Below, one piece after another: positions 24,901-27,687 of a stretch of 27,687 bases of DNA. The stretch covers positions 62,001-89,687 of the forward strand of contig JYFJ02001139.1 in NCBI GenBank assembly GCA_000934665.2. The letters run 5' to 3'. The notes below the pieces were generated by a model that saw only the letters and a program-made list of their open reading frames with translations, had not been told where the DNA came from and did no database searches. How positions within the stretch are numbered: position 1 is the stretch's first letter; each line of letters starts with the position of its first letter. The translations under genes and the position numbers were made by a program. Origin of the DNA: Catajapyx aquilonaris. Lineage: Eukaryota.

Positions 24901-25199
24901 TCCTGCAGGCTGCACACCAACAGCTCGTTCTGCTCACACAAATCCCTGACCCACTCTCTGAGTACGCCTTCTCGCTTTCCCCAAGCCCCATCCAGAGTGG
25001 GGGAAGAAGGCTGCTGGATGGAAGACGAGGAGGACAGCTTCCGCAGGCGACACTCGTACGCCTCGTTGAAATCCCGCAGGAGGGACAATATCCGGCCATC
25101 CTCACCCGCAGCTGCCTTCATATCCTTCAAGCCGTCACCTGTCGATTCAGGAGCAAACCCACTGCTTGGGGTTGTGGCAGGAGGAGACGCAGGGTCCAT
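15913..25199 (-). CDS. Large uncharacterised coiled-coil protein, many short exons; start and internal structure uncertain
   Basis: Chain of heptad-rich, E/K/Q/L-rich exons on the minus strand with GT-AG boundaries. First clear coding exon 25199-24744 (MDPASPP...LREWVRDLCEQNELLVCSLQEVQHASESRVRALQEKME). Further exons include SLRMKLETLQRERLQLKQDRENLRHDV, IQISKQQVTISNLQDALTQAKREL, MEEIQALRNELARQ and MEKKAKAQEERSKEQ. Final exon ...DKLLSKVEALAMELKMTNEYWKSKLRDINLHV* with stop at 15913-15915. An AG directly precedes the ATG, so upstream exons may exist. Confidence 0.75.
22758..22897. mobile_element. MITE (family B, Harbinger/Tourist-like) in an intron of the coiled-coil gene
   Basis: TIRs (TAGC)CGTGTTTACATGCGAGCGATTT and AAATCGCTCGCATGTAAACACG(CCGT), with a 22-bp perfect core. 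Candidate 3-bp TSD ATA at 22755-22757 and 22898-22900. Related copy at 26437-26594. Confidence 0.8.
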
Positions 25200-26092
25200 C
25201 TGCAATCAAGCTACTATTAGCAACATGGTCGTGTCACAAGGCGTTTAAATAGTCACACTAATTTCCACCCAACCCATGACAGTTGGCCGCCACAGCAAAG
25301 CATCGCGCAGGCCCTTTGATGTGCTCCACCCGCATAACTCCAGCAGCGTAACTGGCATCACAACCTTCACAGTGACTGACTGCCACATGCTCTAAATTTA
25401 CATCCCACACTTCCCCACCCATCAGGACTTTATATTTAGGAGCATCTAATCTAATTATCTGTGTTTTCTCGGCGGCGGGATCGTGCCAAGAGAAGAAGAT
25501 CTGTCCTTGCCAACCGCACTTACATGTGTTACATGATATGATCATAAACACTCCAACAAAGTCACGAAACGGCACAATTTGCCCTGTCAAACGCACAAAT
25601 TCTCAGAGGGCCGTGTCAACATTGGTAAACGCTGATTATTCATTGTGAATACCTGCTCATAACCTGAAATTATCCTTCGTTCTAATAAACTAAAATTATG
25701 TAATATTATAAGGATGTTGCGGGAGTGGTCTTTCCAAATAATGTGCAAACATTGATGTGTTGTTGATTATCATAGTTGATTCCAGATATAACAGACTTCA
25801 AGGGACTCAGGAAAAAGCCTGTTGTAACATCGGTCTGTTATAGCCAAATCGACACACAAAGTTTTCTCCTTTCCACATGCCTATAATGCGCACTACTGCA
25901 TACTGATTAATGAAACAATGCAAAAATTCTAAATCAGCTCATCCGTTGGAAGAACCAAATGAAATCCTTAATTTTCTTCTTCCATCTCCTTCTTGCCAAA
26001 CATACCAGAAACGGTATTGACCTTTTCAGCAAGTCAGTGACAGATGGGAAAATCACCCCCGCTCCAATATGCAGTGCCGAATAATCAAAAAA

Positions 26093-26336
26093 CGTCCCCG
26101 TCACCTGTGCTTGGCCGGGGTCTTTTTCCGCTTTCCACCCGACATGCCGGGGCAGAATTGCACTCCCTACTCTGCCCAGGGCCAGGAGAAAAGGTCTGGT
26201 GTATTTTACAAAGTCAGAAATGACTATAATTATTACAGCGCCCTCCCTTGGGAACCTCCCCTTCCCCCCTAGGAGGGCTCTGCCTCATCACGGAGTTCAA
26301 AAAATATAATAATAATGATAATAATAATAATAATAA
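26093..26336 (+). mobile_element. 5'-truncated copy of SINE family A
   Basis: Starts at cgtccccgtcacc, i.e. the end of the tRNA head of the 3194 copy. Shares the body (gacatgccggggcagaattgca...gactataat...acagcgccctcccttgg) with only one copy of the 76-bp unit. Ends in a (TAA)n tail. Confidence 0.85.
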
Positions 26337-26436
26337 ACCTGATATTTTCCATTCAAGAGGCCAAATAATGGGACTGTTACAGCCTGTGTGACGTGAAGTG
26401 AGTCCGTTATATCAGGAGTAAAATACATAGGGCCTT

Positions 26437-26594
26437 AAGGTGTGTTTACATGCAAGCGATTTTATTGAGTTATATGATCGCTGAGTAACCCAAGTTACCG
26501 ATTGTTACCATGATTGTTACTTTTGCTCCAAACAATTGGGATTCATCGCTCGGCAATGCATCGCAGGATCAAATCGCTCTTGTGAATACGCCGC
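26437..26594. mobile_element. MITE family B, diverged second copy in the opposite orientation
   Basis: Ends GTGTTTACATGCAAGCGATTT and AAATCGCTCTTGTGAATACGCC. Internal TTTTGCTCCAAACAATTG is the near reverse complement of CAATTGTTTGGGGCTAAAA in the 22758 copy. Confidence 0.7.
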
Positions 26595-26651
26595 TTCATG
26601 GAAGTATGGCTGGACCGACATTTCAAGTCTGTTATAACCGAAAGTCACCGA

Positions 26652-27005
26652 AGCAGTTTGGTGCAGTGGATAAGGTGTCCGACTACTAATCGGGAGGTCA
26701 TGGGTTCGAGTCCCACGGCCAGCAACCCTAACTGTGGTTGTCTGTGGTTTCCCACGGTCCTCCCAGGAGAATTCCGGGATCGCTTCCTAAATTATTAGGC
26801 CACAGCCCTGCCGTCAGATGTAAGAAGACCGTAACCCAAAAACTAGTAAGGGTGAAAGCCGCATGCAATGCCCTGCACTAATCCCCCTTGACTCCGAGAG
26901 GATGAGTGTACGGCACGCATGCGACTTTCACCCTTACTAGTTTTTGAGTTACGCTCTTTTTGCATCTGACGGCAGAGCCTCTTCCTTCCGCCCCTATCCT
27001 ATCCC
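26652..27005 (+). mobile_element. tRNA(Arg)-like-headed SINE (family C), interrupted by a MITE
   Basis: A box TGGTGCAGTGG and B box GGTTCGAGTCC. Head resembles tRNA-Arg(ACG). Body GGTTTCCCACGGTCCTCCCAGGAGAATTCCGGGAT...TTAGGCCACAGCC|TCTTCCTTCC resembles a core sequence I recall from arthropod SINEs, and it becomes continuous when 26808-26979 is removed. Confidence 0.75.
26808..26975. mobile_element. Hairpin MITE (168 bp) with long TIRs and a 4-bp TSD, nested in a SINE
   Basis: Inverted arms of about 72 bp, starting CTGCCGTCAGATG and ending CATCTGACGGCAG, with a handful of mismatches and a spacer of about 25 nt. TSD AGCC at 26804-26807 and 26976-26979. Confidence 0.88.
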
Positions 27006-27485
27006 AAAAAGGAAAGTAAAAATGAAACCAAAGAGTTCCTGTCAAAAACAAAAATTGGTATGAACTCCCACCCTAAAGAGCAATAATAATAATAATTCCG
27101 GTATGACACAAGCAGCCCTCGACACGTACCTACCGCTCCCCAGCGTTCCGCCCCGGCCGCATCCAGTGCGGTGTAAATCTGCTGCGACACTGGCAGCAGG
27201 TGGGGCCCACTCAAGACGGATGAGAATGTGAGGCCTTTTCCCTCCCCCTGGCAAGACACACTTTATTTTTAACTCCCCCCCTCCTATTCCACAGCACAAT
27301 ATGGCAACAACACAACTTTTCCTTTCCCCCACCAGCCCTGCCTTACCTTCAGCTGGTGGTCGATCCTCTTCCTTCCTCAGGAGGCCACCTCAGCAGGGCC
27401 GTGGGAAGAGCGTGTGACCCCCGCAAAGATTAATTAGGATCTCCTCGTCATTAAGAGGGCCACTCATCAAGCGCCATCTTGGAAA

Positions 27486-27538
27486 TATCGATATTGAAAA
27501 ATGTTAGCAGCACGTATCGATATTCCGCGTATCGATAT
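27486..27538. repeat. Cluster of three TATCGATA palindromes, possibly a MITE remnant
   Basis: atatcgatat ... gtatcgatat ... gtatcgatat within about 50 bp. Confidence 0.4.
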
Positions 27539-27687
27539 GTTTCAAATAGTATGAGTCAGTGACCAGCTGCCCGTCTGAACAGTCGCAAGTTCTGGGTGTT
27601 CCTGCTCCATCATGGCCAATACACCGTCGCCTGGGAGACTGCTGTCAACAACACCGCCCGGTGAGATTGAGTCTGCCTGGGGGATTG

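Noticed and set aside
26652..26722. Possible tRNA gene with the unusual anticodon ACT
   Set aside because: The acceptor stem does not pair properly, there is no T-run terminator right after it, and it continues into a SINE body. It is a SINE head.

Overview
Eukaryotic (animal, probably arthropod; inferred) genomic DNA with many short introns, mostly about 55-150 nt. Four multi-exon protein-coding genes can be assembled by hand. (1) The 3' part of IFT122 (+, <1-2262). (2) A complete spindle-E/TDRD9 piRNA-pathway DEVH helicase-Tudor gene (+, 3800-10396, about 20 exons, about 1486 aa). (3) CFAP70/TTC18 (+, 10674-15639). (4) A large coiled-coil gene I cannot name (-, about 25199 to 15913). Intergenic regions and some introns hold tRNA-derived SINEs and several MITEs, including a MITE nested inside a SINE. 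The best second-look items are a U12 (minor spliceosome) intron in IFT122, a 36-nt candidate cassette micro-exon and a Tudor-cage Asn->Thr change in spn-E, a GC-AG intron and a large basic/acidic insert in CFAP70, and a possible alternative terminal exon in the coiled-coil gene. I see no convincing evidence of an entirely new biological system. Gene names come from recognised protein motifs, not from a database search, and exon boundaries are manual predictions.
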